Part shown: positions 55,472-64,000 of the stretch, in pieces
How the letters are laid out: the number at the start of each line of letters is the position of its first letter
How positions within the stretch are numbered: position 1 is the stretch's first letter
DNA from: Bacteroidota bacterium
GTDB lineage: Bacteria > Bacteroidota > Bacteroidia > NS11-12g > UBA9320
DNA: 64,000 bases
Direction of reading: 5' to 3'
Assembly (NCBI GenBank): GCA_018700895.1
Contig: JABIUV010000053.1
Coordinates: 8,482 to 72,481, forward strand
Made by a program: the position numbers and the translations under genes
Notes under the pieces: generated by a model
What the model was told of the DNA's origin: nothing
Databases searched by the model: none
The model's input: the letters and a program-made list of their open reading frames with translations, nothing else

Positions 55472-57160
55472 TTAAACAATCTTCTTATTTACTGCCTCAA
55501 TTATGGCCGTAAAATCTTCTTTAGCTATGCTTAAAAGTTCTGCTGCTTTGGCATTCAGCTTGTCAGCAAATGCACGATCGGACAGGTCTTTGGTGTTGAT
55601 ACGTACATTCATGCATGCACCTTCCACAGCAGTAAGGGAGCACAAGGCACCTACGCCTGTATCGGTTACTGAAGCCGGGTTGCCTATATCTAACATGGCT
55701 TGCAATAGCTCAAGAGAACCATAGGCTGTCTGCATCACTTTGTAGGGTACTTCGGCAGCGTATTGGCTTGATTTTTCGATGGCTTCTTTACGTGCTTCTT
55801 TTTCCTGCTCAGAGTCTTTGGGCATTCGGATAGCATCTATAATGCGGTTGAAAGAACGGGTGTCTTCATCTACCAAATAGAGTAATTCTTGTTTAATGGC
55901 TTGTCCTTTTACCGCCCAATCTGAAAAGGTGGTCGTCTGCTCTTCCCATCCTGGTTTGTTGGCCGATAGGTTGGCTACCATAGTGCCAAGTGATGCTCCT
56001 AGAGCTCCAACGTAGGCTGCAATACTTCCACCGCCGGGTGCCATACTTTCACTTGCGGTTTCGTTGGCCAGTTGCTTAGCGGTGAGGCTTACCAATTTCT
56101 CATCCTCATCACTACGCAGTTGATATTCTATAATTTTCTTTTCGGGGTCAAATGGTCCTAACTCGTCAAGGCCCAACGACTTCACGGCGATATGAATGAG
56201 TTCGCTATCATCTACGCCCAATGATCTGCCTTGTTTTTGGAGATAATGGCGGCCAGCATCCAGCATTGCGTTAAGCGGAATTAGACCTACAAGCTCACTA
56301 CCTGTAATGCGAACACCACGATCGATACAGCTTTTTTGTACTTCGTCAAAGAAAGTATGGATAGGTGTGATATTAAAATTAGTCAAATTAGCACTCACCT
56401 GTGCTACATCATACTCATCTATAAACCATCCGACGGCTTGCACCGCTTTGCATGTGCCGGATATACGTACCGATTCGCCATTTTCGTCTTTAATTATTTT
56501 TCCATTGTAAGGATTACCTTCTCTTGCTACCCTGCCGGTCTCTCTTACATCAAAGGCAACGCGATTAGCAATACGTGTTGACTTGGTATTGAGGTTTATA
56601 TTATAGGCTATCAAAAAATCTCGTGCTCCAATAGTCGTTGCTCCGCTGCGAGCACTATACTCTGCCGGGCCAAAATCGGGTTTCCATTCGGGCTTTTTTA
56701 TTTTTTCAAAAAAACCTTCGTACTCACCTGCACGAATAATGCTCAGAACGTTTCTTGATGTATTGGGTTGCGAAGCTCCATATAAGTAGGTGGGAATATG
56801 TGTCGTTTCTCCTACTTGCTTGGCAAGTTTCACCGCCCACTCTGAGGTTTCTTCCATAGAGATATTAGCCACGGGGATGAATGGGCATACGTCAGTAGCA
56901 CCCATACGAGCGTGTTCACCTGTGTGCTTGCTCATATCTATGAGCTCACCTGCTTTTACAATGGCCTTATATGCCGCATCTACCACGGCCTGTGGTGTTC
57001 CTACGAAGGTAACCACGGTTCTGTTCGTAGCGGCTCCGGGGTCTACGTCTAGCAGCTTTACGCCATCTACACTTTCTATCTCGTTGGTTATCTGCTTTAT
57101 AATATTGAGGTCCCTTCCTTCACTAAAGTTGGGTACACATTCTATGAGTTGCTTGTTCAT
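55472..57160 (-). CDS. ftcD: Glutamate formimidoyltransferase / formimidoyltetrahydrofolate cyclodeaminase (bifunctional)
   Basis: 562 aa with N-terminal ECVPNFSEGR and a C-terminal cyclodeaminase-like helical domain. Confidence 0.85.
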   Translation of the reverse strand: MNKQLIECVPNFSEGRDLNIIKQITNEIESVDGVKLLDVDPGAATNRTVVTFVGTPQAVVDAAYKAIVKAGELIDMSKHTGEHARMGATDVCPFIPVANISMEETSEWAVKLAKQVGETTHIPTYLYGASQPNTSRNVLSIIRAGEYEGFFEKIKKPEWKPDFGPAEYSARSGATTIGARDFLIAYNINLNTKSTRIANRVAFDVRETGRVAREGNPYNGKIIKDENGESVRISGTCKAVQAVGWFIDEYDVAQVSANLTNFNITPIHTFFDEVQKSCIDRGVRITGSELVGLIPLNAMLDAGRHYLQKQGRSLGVDDSELIHIAVKSLGLDELGPFDPEKKIIEYQLRSDEDEKLVSLTAKQLANETASESMAPGGGSIAAYVGALGASLGTMVANLSANKPGWEEQTTTFSDWAVKGQAIKQELLYLVDEDTRSFNRIIDAIRMPKDSEQEKEARKEAIEKSSQYAAEVPYKVMQTAYGSLELLQAMLDIGNPASVTDTGVGALCSLTAVEGACMNVRINTKDLSDRAFADKLNAKAAELLSIAKEDFTAIIEAVNKKIV

Positions 57161-57233
57161 GGTATTTTATTGGGTGGACAAAAATAGAATTCGTACCGAA
57201 TATATAGCGGTATGAATAGCATTCAAAATATAT

Positions 57234-57989
57234 TTGCCTACTGAAGTGAGATATGTATTAGAAATAGCGTACGATGGCACCCATTATCACGGGTGGCAGT
57301 CACAACTAAATGGTACTACCGTGCAAGAAGCACTAGAGCTGGAGCTGTCTAAAATATTAGGGTCTAAAATTAACATTATGGGATGTGGACGAACCGATGC
57401 GGGGGTTCACGCTTCACATTTTATTTTACACTTTGATTATGCCGAGGTATTGCCTGAGCGTTTTTTGTTTCGTATTAATCAAATGCTTCCTTCGGATATA
57501 GCGGTGTATGACGCCTTTGTGGTAGCAGATGATTTTCATTCACGTTTTTCGGCTACGTACCGTAAGTATGTTTACAAGACCCATTATCGCAAAAATCCAT
57601 TTCAGTCTGGTGGTTCGCTCTTCTTATTCCAAATGCCTTCGGTGCAAAAGATGAATGAAGGATGCCAATTACTGCTCAAGCATAATGACTTTGCTTCTTT
57701 TTGCAAGAGAAATTCAGATGGTAAAACAACTATCTGCAACTTGATGTTAGCTGAGTGGATAGAGGTCGATTATGGTTTTGAGTTTCACGTAAAGGCGAAC
57801 AGATTCTTGCGTAATATGGTGCGAGCGTTGGTGGGAACATTATTAGATGTGGGATATGGAAAAATATCGCTGGACCAACTGGAGCAAATAGTACAAGACA
57901 AAAAAAGAAGCAGTAGTGGCAAGAGTGTCGCTGCCAAAGGGCTTTATCTAGAAGAGATAGGATATAACTGGGATGAGTACAGAAAGTAA
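57234..57989 (+). CDS. truA: tRNA pseudouridine(38-40) synthase
   Basis: Contains the GCGRTDAGVHA catalytic motif. Confidence 0.9.
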   Translation: MPTEVRYVLEIAYDGTHYHGWQSQLNGTTVQEALELELSKILGSKINIMGCGRTDAGVHASHFILHFDYAEVLPERFLFRINQMLPSDIAVYDAFVVADDFHSRFSATYRKYVYKTHYRKNPFQSGGSLFLFQMPSVQKMNEGCQLLLKHNDFASFCKRNSDGKTTICNLMLAEWIEVDYGFEFHVKANRFLRNMVRALVGTLLDVGYGKISLDQLEQIVQDKKRSSSGKSVAAKGLYLEEIGYNWDEYRK

Positions 57990-59727
57990 AAAAGGAGGAG
58001 CGGCATTTGATATGAGGCTAATAGCCCGCATTATTCGTTTGGCAAAGCCACACCGTAAACTCCTATGGGGGTCTATAGCATTGGTGTTATTCCTCACCAT
58101 CTTAGCACCTATTCGCCCTATGTTGGTAAAGTATACCATCAATGATGGTATGACTGTAGGGGATAAAGATGCCATTTTCTATTTCAGTGTGTTGCTACTG
58201 GTGCACCTGGTTGTGCAGAGTTTTACGCTCTTTGGTCATACCTACGTTACCAACTTACTCGGGCAAAGTGTTATCAAGGATTTGCGTATGCGGGTGTATA
58301 ATCACATTCTCTCGCTCAATTCTACTTTTTTTGACAAGAGTAAGGTCGGTACTTTAATTACACGTTCGGTTTCTGATGTGGAGACCATTTCGTCTTTCTT
58401 TTCCCAAGGGTTTATTTCTATCGTAGGTGACTTAGCACAGATTACTACCATACTGGTGATTATGCTCGCTACCAATTGGGAGCTTACCTTGGTATCGCTC
58501 ACGGTACTACCTTTTTTATTAGTAGCTTCAGAAATATTCAGACGTGGCGTGCGTAAGTCTTTCCAGATAGTAAGGCAACAGGTTTCCAAACTTAATGCTT
58601 TTGTGCAAGAACAAATAGTGGGGATGGAAGTGGTTCAGATTTTTGGTAAAGAGGACCAAGAGTTTAGAAAATTTGAGGTGATGAACCGTAAGCATAGGGA
58701 TGCTTACAAGCAGAGTATCTATTATTATGCGGTATATTTTCCTGTGGTTGATATTCTGAGTAGCTTGGCCTTAGGCTTAATTATATGGTGGGTGGCAGGT
58801 TCGCCGAGTATAGCAAGTGCAGGACTCATTGCAGAGTTTTACTTATATGTTCAGATGATATTTAGGCCGATTCGTTTCATTGCTGATAGGTTTAACACGA
58901 TGCAAATGGGAGTAGTAGCGAGTGAGCGTATTTTTGAGTTGATAGATGATGACTCAGATAAGGAAGCTAAAGGCGATGTGATATTACCCCATATTAGTGG
59001 TGATATCCAATTTGAAGATGTTTGGTTTGGGTACAACGATGATGACTATGTGTTAAAAGATGTAAACTTTAGCCTAAAAGCCGGGAAAAGCTTGGCAATA
59101 GTAGGAGCAACGGGTGCAGGAAAGTCGAGTATTATCAATCTAATTACACGACTATATACGATACAAAAAGGGGCTATACGTATAGATGGACATAATGTAA
59201 ATGACCTCAATATAAAATCACTACGAGACCAAGTAGGTGTGGTATTGCAGGATGTGTTTCTATTTGCAGGAAGTATAACCGATAATGTAAACCTAAGGAA
59301 CGAGAGCATAACGCAGGACAACATGAATGCTGCTGCGGCGAGTATAGATGCTTTGGATTTTATACAAGCACTAGACCAAGGGTGGGAGTATAAGGTAATG
59401 GAGCGAGGAAGTTCGCTCAGCGTAGGTCAACGCCAACTCATCAGTTTCATACGAGCTATGGCAGCCAACCCCAGTGTGCTCATACTAGATGAGGCCACCA
59501 GTAGTGTAGACTCCGAAACCGAGGAACTCATACAGCGTGCTACGCAAAAACTAATGAAAGGACGTACGAGTATCGTAATAGCTCACCGACTAAGCACGGT
59601 AAAAGAGGCAGATACCATCCTAGTGCTAGACCGCGGTAGAGTAGTGGAGCAGGGCAGTCACGATGAGTTACTTGCTCAGGAAGGGGCATATCACGAGTTT
59701 TTTCAAAAGCAATTTGAGCTCACGTAA
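57973..59727 (+). CDS. ABC transporter permease/ATPase fusion (MsbA-like exporter)
   Basis: Six-TM N-terminal domain, Walker A GATGAGKSS, signature LSVGQRQL, and ILDEATS. Confidence 0.85.
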   Translation: MSTESKKGGAAFDMRLIARIIRLAKPHRKLLWGSIALVLFLTILAPIRPMLVKYTINDGMTVGDKDAIFYFSVLLLVHLVVQSFTLFGHTYVTNLLGQSVIKDLRMRVYNHILSLNSTFFDKSKVGTLITRSVSDVETISSFFSQGFISIVGDLAQITTILVIMLATNWELTLVSLTVLPFLLVASEIFRRGVRKSFQIVRQQVSKLNAFVQEQIVGMEVVQIFGKEDQEFRKFEVMNRKHRDAYKQSIYYYAVYFPVVDILSSLALGLIIWWVAGSPSIASAGLIAEFYLYVQMIFRPIRFIADRFNTMQMGVVASERIFELIDDDSDKEAKGDVILPHISGDIQFEDVWFGYNDDDYVLKDVNFSLKAGKSLAIVGATGAGKSSIINLITRLYTIQKGAIRIDGHNVNDLNIKSLRDQVGVVLQDVFLFAGSITDNVNLRNESITQDNMNAAAASIDALDFIQALDQGWEYKVMERGSSLSVGQRQLISFIRAMAANPSVLILDEATSSVDSETEELIQRATQKLMKGRTSIVIAHRLSTVKEADTILVLDRGRVVEQGSHDELLAQEGAYHEFFQKQFELT

Positions 59728-59829
59728 CTACACAAACGGAATCCTGCAACTTTCTCATTTTTGATAAATATCCACAACATTGGTAATCTTATGGTAGTCG
59801 TTCTATTTTTGACCCTTCAATAAGTAGTA

Positions 59830-60828
59830 ATGGCGAGAGTAGTATCGGGTATCAGACCAACAGGAAAATTGCATCTTGGCAATTACTTTGGGGCGGTTAA
59901 AAATTTTTTAAAAATGCAAGAAGAGCACGATTGCTTCTTCTTCATAGCTGATATTCATTCACTTACTACGCATCCTACACCTGCCGATTTGCATAATAAC
60001 GTACATCAGGTATTGGCCGAGCATTTGGCTATGGGCGTAGACCCCGAGAAATGTGCCTTGTTTGTACAAAGCGATGTGCCTGCTATAAGCGAGCTTTATA
60101 CGTTTATGAACATGAATGCGTACATCGGAGAGCTAGAGCGAAGTACATCTTTCAAGGATAAAATACGTACGCAGAAAAATAACGTGAATGCTGGCCTACT
60201 CACTTACCCCGTGCTCATGGCGGTAGACATACTAGTACATCACGCGGAGATGGTGCCTGTGGGCAAAGATCAACAGCAGCACCTGGAGATGACACGTACG
60301 TTTGCCAATCGGTTTAATCATATGTACGGTACGGACTACTTCAAAGAGCCACAAGCTTATAGTGGAACAGGAGAGCTAGTAAAAGTGCCAGGACTTACTG
60401 CCCAAGGTAAGATGAGTAAGAGTAGCGGTGATGCCGATACCATTATGTTTGACGAAGAGGAAAAAGGGCTTCGCAAAAAAATAATGCGGGCGGTGACGGA
60501 TAATGGTCCTACCGAACCGGGACAACCTAAGAGCGAAGGACTTCAAAACTTATTTGATATTATGGAGTTGGTGTCCGAACGGAGTACCATCGAACATTTC
60601 GATGCCTTACATCAAAATGCGACGATACGTTACGGTGATTTGAAAAAACAAATTGCGGAGGACGTAGTGAACTTTGTATCGCCCATAAAAGAGAAAATAG
60701 ACCACTATAAACAAGACACGGCTGCACTAGCCAAAGCTGCTAAAATAGGAGCTGAGAAGGCCAATGAGAGTGCCGAAAAAACCCTGAAAGAAGTCAGAGA
60801 AATCATAGGCTTCAAGAAATTTTACTAA
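59830..60828 (+). CDS. trpS: Tryptophanyl-tRNA synthetase
   Basis: Contains HLGNY and KMSKS motifs. Confidence 0.95.
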   Translation: MARVVSGIRPTGKLHLGNYFGAVKNFLKMQEEHDCFFFIADIHSLTTHPTPADLHNNVHQVLAEHLAMGVDPEKCALFVQSDVPAISELYTFMNMNAYIGELERSTSFKDKIRTQKNNVNAGLLTYPVLMAVDILVHHAEMVPVGKDQQQHLEMTRTFANRFNHMYGTDYFKEPQAYSGTGELVKVPGLTAQGKMSKSSGDADTIMFDEEEKGLRKKIMRAVTDNGPTEPGQPKSEGLQNLFDIMELVSERSTIEHFDALHQNATIRYGDLKKQIAEDVVNFVSPIKEKIDHYKQDTAALAKAAKIGAEKANESAEKTLKEVREIIGFKKFY

Positions 60829-60856
60829 GACCAAAACGAACAACTAAAATAAAGAG

Positions 60857-61471
60857 ATGCACATAGCTATAGCAGGAAACATAGGAGCAGGAAAGACAAC
60901 ACTCACTAAGTTATTATCAAAACATTATGACTGGGAGCCCCACTACGAGGCTATGGACGATAATCCATATATCACCGATTTTTATGATGATATGACCCGC
61001 TGGTCATTCAACCTACAAATTTACTTCTTGCATACACGTTTTAGTAGTTTGATACAAGCCAAAAGTAATCCGAAGACCATCATTCAAGACCGTACTATCT
61101 ATGAGGATGCTTATATTTTCGCTCCTAACTTACACGCTATGGGACTCATGAGTACGCGTGATTTTGATACGTACCAAGCACTTTTTACCAATATCAAAAC
61201 GAGCGTAAATGCTCCAGATCTTATGATTTACCTGCGTAGCTCTATAGGCAATATTGTAAGTCAGATTCAGAAACGCGGTAGAGAGTACGAGGACAGTATC
61301 AGACTAGATTACCTCAAGCGACTAAACGAGCGATACGAAGCATGGATAAGTACTTACAAGGACGGCAAACTGCTTATTATTGACGTAGATGATATTGATT
61401 TTGAAAATAATCCGGAACACCTAGGTGAAATCATCAATAAGATAGATGCTGAGGTGAATGGATTGTTTTAA
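60857..61471 (+). CDS. Deoxynucleoside kinase
   Basis: P-loop GNIGAGKTT, DRTIYED and an ERY-type motif. Confidence 0.85.
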   Translation: MHIAIAGNIGAGKTTLTKLLSKHYDWEPHYEAMDDNPYITDFYDDMTRWSFNLQIYFLHTRFSSLIQAKSNPKTIIQDRTIYEDAYIFAPNLHAMGLMSTRDFDTYQALFTNIKTSVNAPDLMIYLRSSIGNIVSQIQKRGREYEDSIRLDYLKRLNERYEAWISTYKDGKLLIIDVDDIDFENNPEHLGEIINKIDAEVNGLF

Positions 61472-61494
61472 TGCAAAAGACGAATCCCCTATCA

Positions 61495-61529
61495 CAAAAA
61501 AAACCGATGCAGTTGCATCGGTTTTTTTT
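61495..61529. terminator. Bidirectional intrinsic terminator between the convergent kinase and ribH genes
   Basis: An A-run, then stem ACCGATGC/GCATCGGT, then a T-run. Confidence 0.7.
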
Positions 61530-61547
61530 GTGTCTTCTGAGATTTGG

Positions 61548-62021
61548 TTATCCTCGCTCTAGGAGTTTGAGTACGGTCCAGGCGGCTTCTTCGCCTTTGT
61601 GGCCGTGAGTGCCTCCGGAGCGTTCTATGGCTTGTTGCTGATTGTCCGTAGTAAGCAAACCAAAGGCTACGGGTATATCGTGTTTTATGATCACATCGCT
61701 TATACCGTTGGCTACAGCATCACATATAAAATCAAAGTGTCTGGTCTCGCCTTGTATCACTACGCCGAGACATATTACTGCATCAAAACCTTCGTTGGCA
61801 AGCTTGTTGGCACCATAGATGAGTTCATACGAGCCAGGAACATCCCATTGCTCTATATTACTCAGTGGTATACCTGCTTGTAGTAAGGTGTGGATAGCAC
61901 CTGCCTTGAGTTTACCTGTAATCTCGGTATTCCACAGTGCGGTTACTACACCTATCCTGAAATTGTTATGAGGGAGTTTGATTTCCTCATTTAAGAACGT
62001 CTGATTTGCGTAATCAGCCAT
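61548..62021 (-). CDS. ribH: 6,7-dimethyl-8-ribityllumazine synthase
   Basis: 157 aa with VPGSYEL and the typical length and fold pattern. Confidence 0.9.
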   Translation of the reverse strand: MADYANQTFLNEEIKLPHNNFRIGVVTALWNTEITGKLKAGAIHTLLQAGIPLSNIEQWDVPGSYELIYGANKLANEGFDAVICLGVVIQGETRHFDFICDAVANGISDVIIKHDIPVAFGLLTTDNQQQAIERSGGTHGHKGEEAAWTVLKLLERG

Positions 62022-62030
62022 TTTACGTGC

Positions 62031-62705
62031 TTATTGAGCAGCTTGTTTGGCAGCTACTCGAGCTATTCGAGCTTCTACTTTATCTGCCCATTTACTATCG
62101 GCATAATCTGCTTGTAATTTTTTGTATGCAGATTTGGCATCGCTTAGTTCACCAGCTTCTTCATAAGCAGTCCCTGCTTTGAGCAGTGCGTAAGGTGTTG
62201 TAAGCGTGTTGTCTCTCTTTTTCGCAGCTGTGATGTACATGTCACCTGCTTTTTCAAACTGATCAAGCTCCGAGTAGCAATCGCCTTGTAGGGTAATGAC
62301 TTGTGCAGCCATTAGCTCGTCAGACATTGATGCATCTTCTAGGTATTCCAATGCTTCTTCATACTTGCCTTGCTCCAATAGGATACGACCGGTATAAAAC
62401 GCGGCTCTATTACCTGCAGCAGTAGAACCATAGTCATCTGCCACTTCACGCATACCTGGGTGCAGTCCGTCTCCATTGAGAGCGAGGTTGAGTGAATCTT
62501 GTGCAAAGTATCTCTCCGCAGTAAATATACTCTCGTTGGCTTCAGCTTCTACGCCTGGCTTGTATACATTCTGATAATAGTATAAACCTGCTACCAATAC
62601 GATAAGGGCGATACCCGCTATCAGAATGTTGTTTTTGTTGGTGTCAATGAATTCTGATATAGACTGTATACCTTTATTCTCTATAGATTGTTCTTCTGTG
62701 CTCAT
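62031..62705 (-). CDS. Membrane-anchored TPR-like protein (YfgM-like)
   Basis: One N-terminal TM segment followed by helical repeats. It lies 9 nt upstream of ribH. Confidence 0.6.
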   Translation of the reverse strand: MSTEEQSIENKGIQSISEFIDTNKNNILIAGIALIVLVAGLYYYQNVYKPGVEAEANESIFTAERYFAQDSLNLALNGDGLHPGMREVADDYGSTAAGNRAAFYTGRILLEQGKYEEALEYLEDASMSDELMAAQVITLQGDCYSELDQFEKAGDMYITAAKKRDNTLTTPYALLKAGTAYEEAGELSDAKSAYKKLQADYADSKWADKVEARIARVAAKQAAQ

Positions 62706-62770
62706 TTCTTCTTAAAAAGTTTGCGAAAATATGCTTTTATGCGATTTATGTTCTGTATTTACAGTATATC

Positions 62771-63763
62771 CTAGTCTACGATAAATGGATACTCCGTTTC
62801 GTATACATCGGTATATATTTCAGAGGCATCTGGGAAAGGAGAGTTGTCGGCAAACTCTACAGAATCTGCTACTTCTTTTTCTACCTCTTCTTCCATAGCA
62901 TCTAGCTGCTTCTGAGTCATGTACTTTTTGCTCAATATGGTTTTCTTCACAACCTCTATTGGGTCTATTTCCTTGTAGGCAGCAACCTCATCCTTAGTAC
63001 GGTACTTAGCAGGGTCTGACATAGAGTGGCCTCTGTATCGGTATGTTTTTAATTCCACAAAAGTGGGTCCTTTACCGTCTCTCGCTCTCTTTGCCGCATT
63101 AGCCATACTCTCATGTACCGCTTCGCAGCTCATACCGTCTACCTGTTCAGCAGGCATTTCGTAACCCAATGCTATTTTAGATATATCCAGTACATTGGTA
63201 GTACGCTCTACTGAGGTTCCCATCGCGTAGTTGTTATTTTCACAAATAAATACGACAGGTAAGTTCCATACCATAGCCATATTAAAAGTCTCGTGCAACG
63301 CACCTTGACGTACCGCACCATCTCCCATATAGCAGAATACTACTCCGTCTTCTCCTTTATATTGCTCTGCAAGTGCCATACCAGCACCTAGGGGTATTTG
63401 ACCACCTACGATACCATGACCACCAAAGAAATTGTGTTCCTTGGAGAACATGTGCATACTTCCACCTTTTCCTTTGCTACAGCCATCTATACGACCAAAT
63501 AATTCAGCCATCACCTCATTGGCAGACATACCCATAGCCAAAGCGTGGCCGTGGTCTCTGTAGGCGGTGATTACCTTGTCGTTGTCTTGCTTGGCAGATG
63601 CCATTCCTGCAACTACTGCTTCTTGTCCTATATATAGGTGACAAAATCCTCTGATTTTGTTTTGTCCGTACATTTGAGCAGATTTTTCTTCAAATCTTCT
63701 TATCAATAACATTAATCGATACCAATCGATGTAAATTTCTTTAGTGTGCTTTGCTTTTGCCAT
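62771..63763 (-). CDS. pdhA: Pyruvate dehydrogenase E1 alpha subunit
   Basis: TPP motif YMGDGAVRQG. The start is set at MAKAKHTKE (63763); the longer ORF extension is Cys/Phe-rich and implausible. Confidence 0.9.
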   Translation of the reverse strand: MAKAKHTKEIYIDWYRLMLLIRRFEEKSAQMYGQNKIRGFCHLYIGQEAVVAGMASAKQDNDKVITAYRDHGHALAMGMSANEVMAELFGRIDGCSKGKGGSMHMFSKEHNFFGGHGIVGGQIPLGAGMALAEQYKGEDGVVFCYMGDGAVRQGALHETFNMAMVWNLPVVFICENNNYAMGTSVERTTNVLDISKIALGYEMPAEQVDGMSCEAVHESMANAAKRARDGKGPTFVELKTYRYRGHSMSDPAKYRTKDEVAAYKEIDPIEVVKKTILSKKYMTQKQLDAMEEEVEKEVADSVEFADNSPFPDASEIYTDVYETEYPFIVD

Positions 63764-63814
63764 TTTATATTTGAAGTCACAAAAATAACAATCTTTACTA
63801 TCTATAAAACACCA

Positions 63815-64000
63815 TTGAAGGTACAAAAACTCACACTTGTTTTTTTTAAAAATCATTCGGATTTCAAACTAGAGACCCAAGATGATGTAATTGCTATAGC
63901 AGGACTAAATGGTGTAGGCAAGACGTCGGTGCTGGATGCACTGCATTTTTTGTGTTTAGGTAAGTCATACTTTAGCCCTACGGATGTGCAATGTATACAG
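63815..64000 (+). CDS. recF: DNA replication/repair protein RecF, N-terminal 62 codons (continues off the window)
   Basis: (L)KVQKLTLVFFKNH...IAIAGLNGVGKTSVLDALHFLCLGKS, including the P-loop. The probable start is TTG. Confidence 0.75.
   Translation, partial: MKVQKLTLVFFKNHSDFKLETQDDVIAIAGLNGVGKTSVLDALHFLCLGKSYFSPTDVQCIQ

Noticed and set aside
59728-59829. Possible leader, T-box or DnaA box (ATATCCACA) upstream of trpS
   Set aside because: I could not find a specifier loop, a T-box sequence or a terminator/antiterminator pair. The near-DnaA box is single and imperfect.
62022-62030. FMN riboswitch upstream of ribH
   Set aside because: Only 9 nt separate ribH from the upstream TPR-like gene, so there is no room for an aptamer. 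No RFN-like sequence was seen upstream of 62705 either.
63764-63856. N-terminal extension of pdhA, and similar extensions at 17870-17965, 23863-23904, 27385-27465 and 45660-45749
   Set aside because: The extensions are Cys/Phe-rich or run through a terminator (27445-27478). They precede clear signal peptides or conserved N-termini that begin at internal Met codons, so the shorter starts were adopted.
1-64000. Scan for CRISPR arrays, rRNA, tRNA, transposases, integrases and known defence genes
   Set aside because: The scan found:
- No regularly spaced 25-40-nt direct repeats.
- No cloverleaf-like GTTCGAATC/T-arm signatures.
- No ORF with DDE, tyrosine-recombinase or restriction/abortive-infection motifs recognisable by eye.

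Absence of small RNAs cannot be proven without tRNAscan or Infernal.

Overview
This 64-kb window is about 42% GC and looks like a Bacteroidota chromosome, probably Flavobacteriia-like. The lineage call rests on a porP/sprF-gldK-gldL-gldM-gldN gliding/T9SS cluster, a DUF4293 protein, a BT_3928-like/DUF1599/folP neighbourhood and a TAnnTTTG-type promoter box.

The window is mostly dense housekeeping:
- Translation and RNA modification: hisS, argS, trpS, three pseudouridine synthases including truA, and rnr.
- Replication, repair and chromatin: dnaB, recF (5' end only), nth and an HU protein.
- Proteostasis and metabolism: clpC, folP, aroK, ribH, pruA, ftcD, pdhA, a thiolase, a polyprenyl synthase and a lipoate ligase.
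- Transport and envelope: ABC transporter parts, and a lipoprotein plus TonB-dependent receptor pair.
- Pigment: a crtD/cruF-like carotenoid tailoring pair.

I found no rRNA, tRNA, CRISPR array, transposase, integrase or recognisable defence island by eye.

The unexplained signals are small and mostly non-coding:
1. Two paralogous hairpin-plus-terminator RNA-like modules share an exact 12-mer. They lie in an 868-nt gene-free gap upstream of an orphan TPR gene.
2. A family of 14-nt-period tandem repeats starts 8-9 nt after the stop codons of three unrelated genes.
3. A REP-like hairpin repeat family shows a compensatory stem change between copies.
4. A GC-rich block of nested inverted repeats sits in a 586-nt gap.
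5. DnaA-box-like 9-mers and a repeated heptamer lie in the clpC/dnaB gap.
6. Several gene remnants are present: a HigA-type antitoxin with an in-frame stop, an AsmA-like C-terminal fragment, a truncated lamin-tail-domain gene and a frameshifted unknown.

At the protein level, the most interesting uncharacterised pieces are a ChlI/sigma54-type AAA+ ATPase plus vWA(MIDAS) pair and an internally duplicated DUF1599 protein divergent from folP. All family assignments come from motif recognition by eye. No database search was run.
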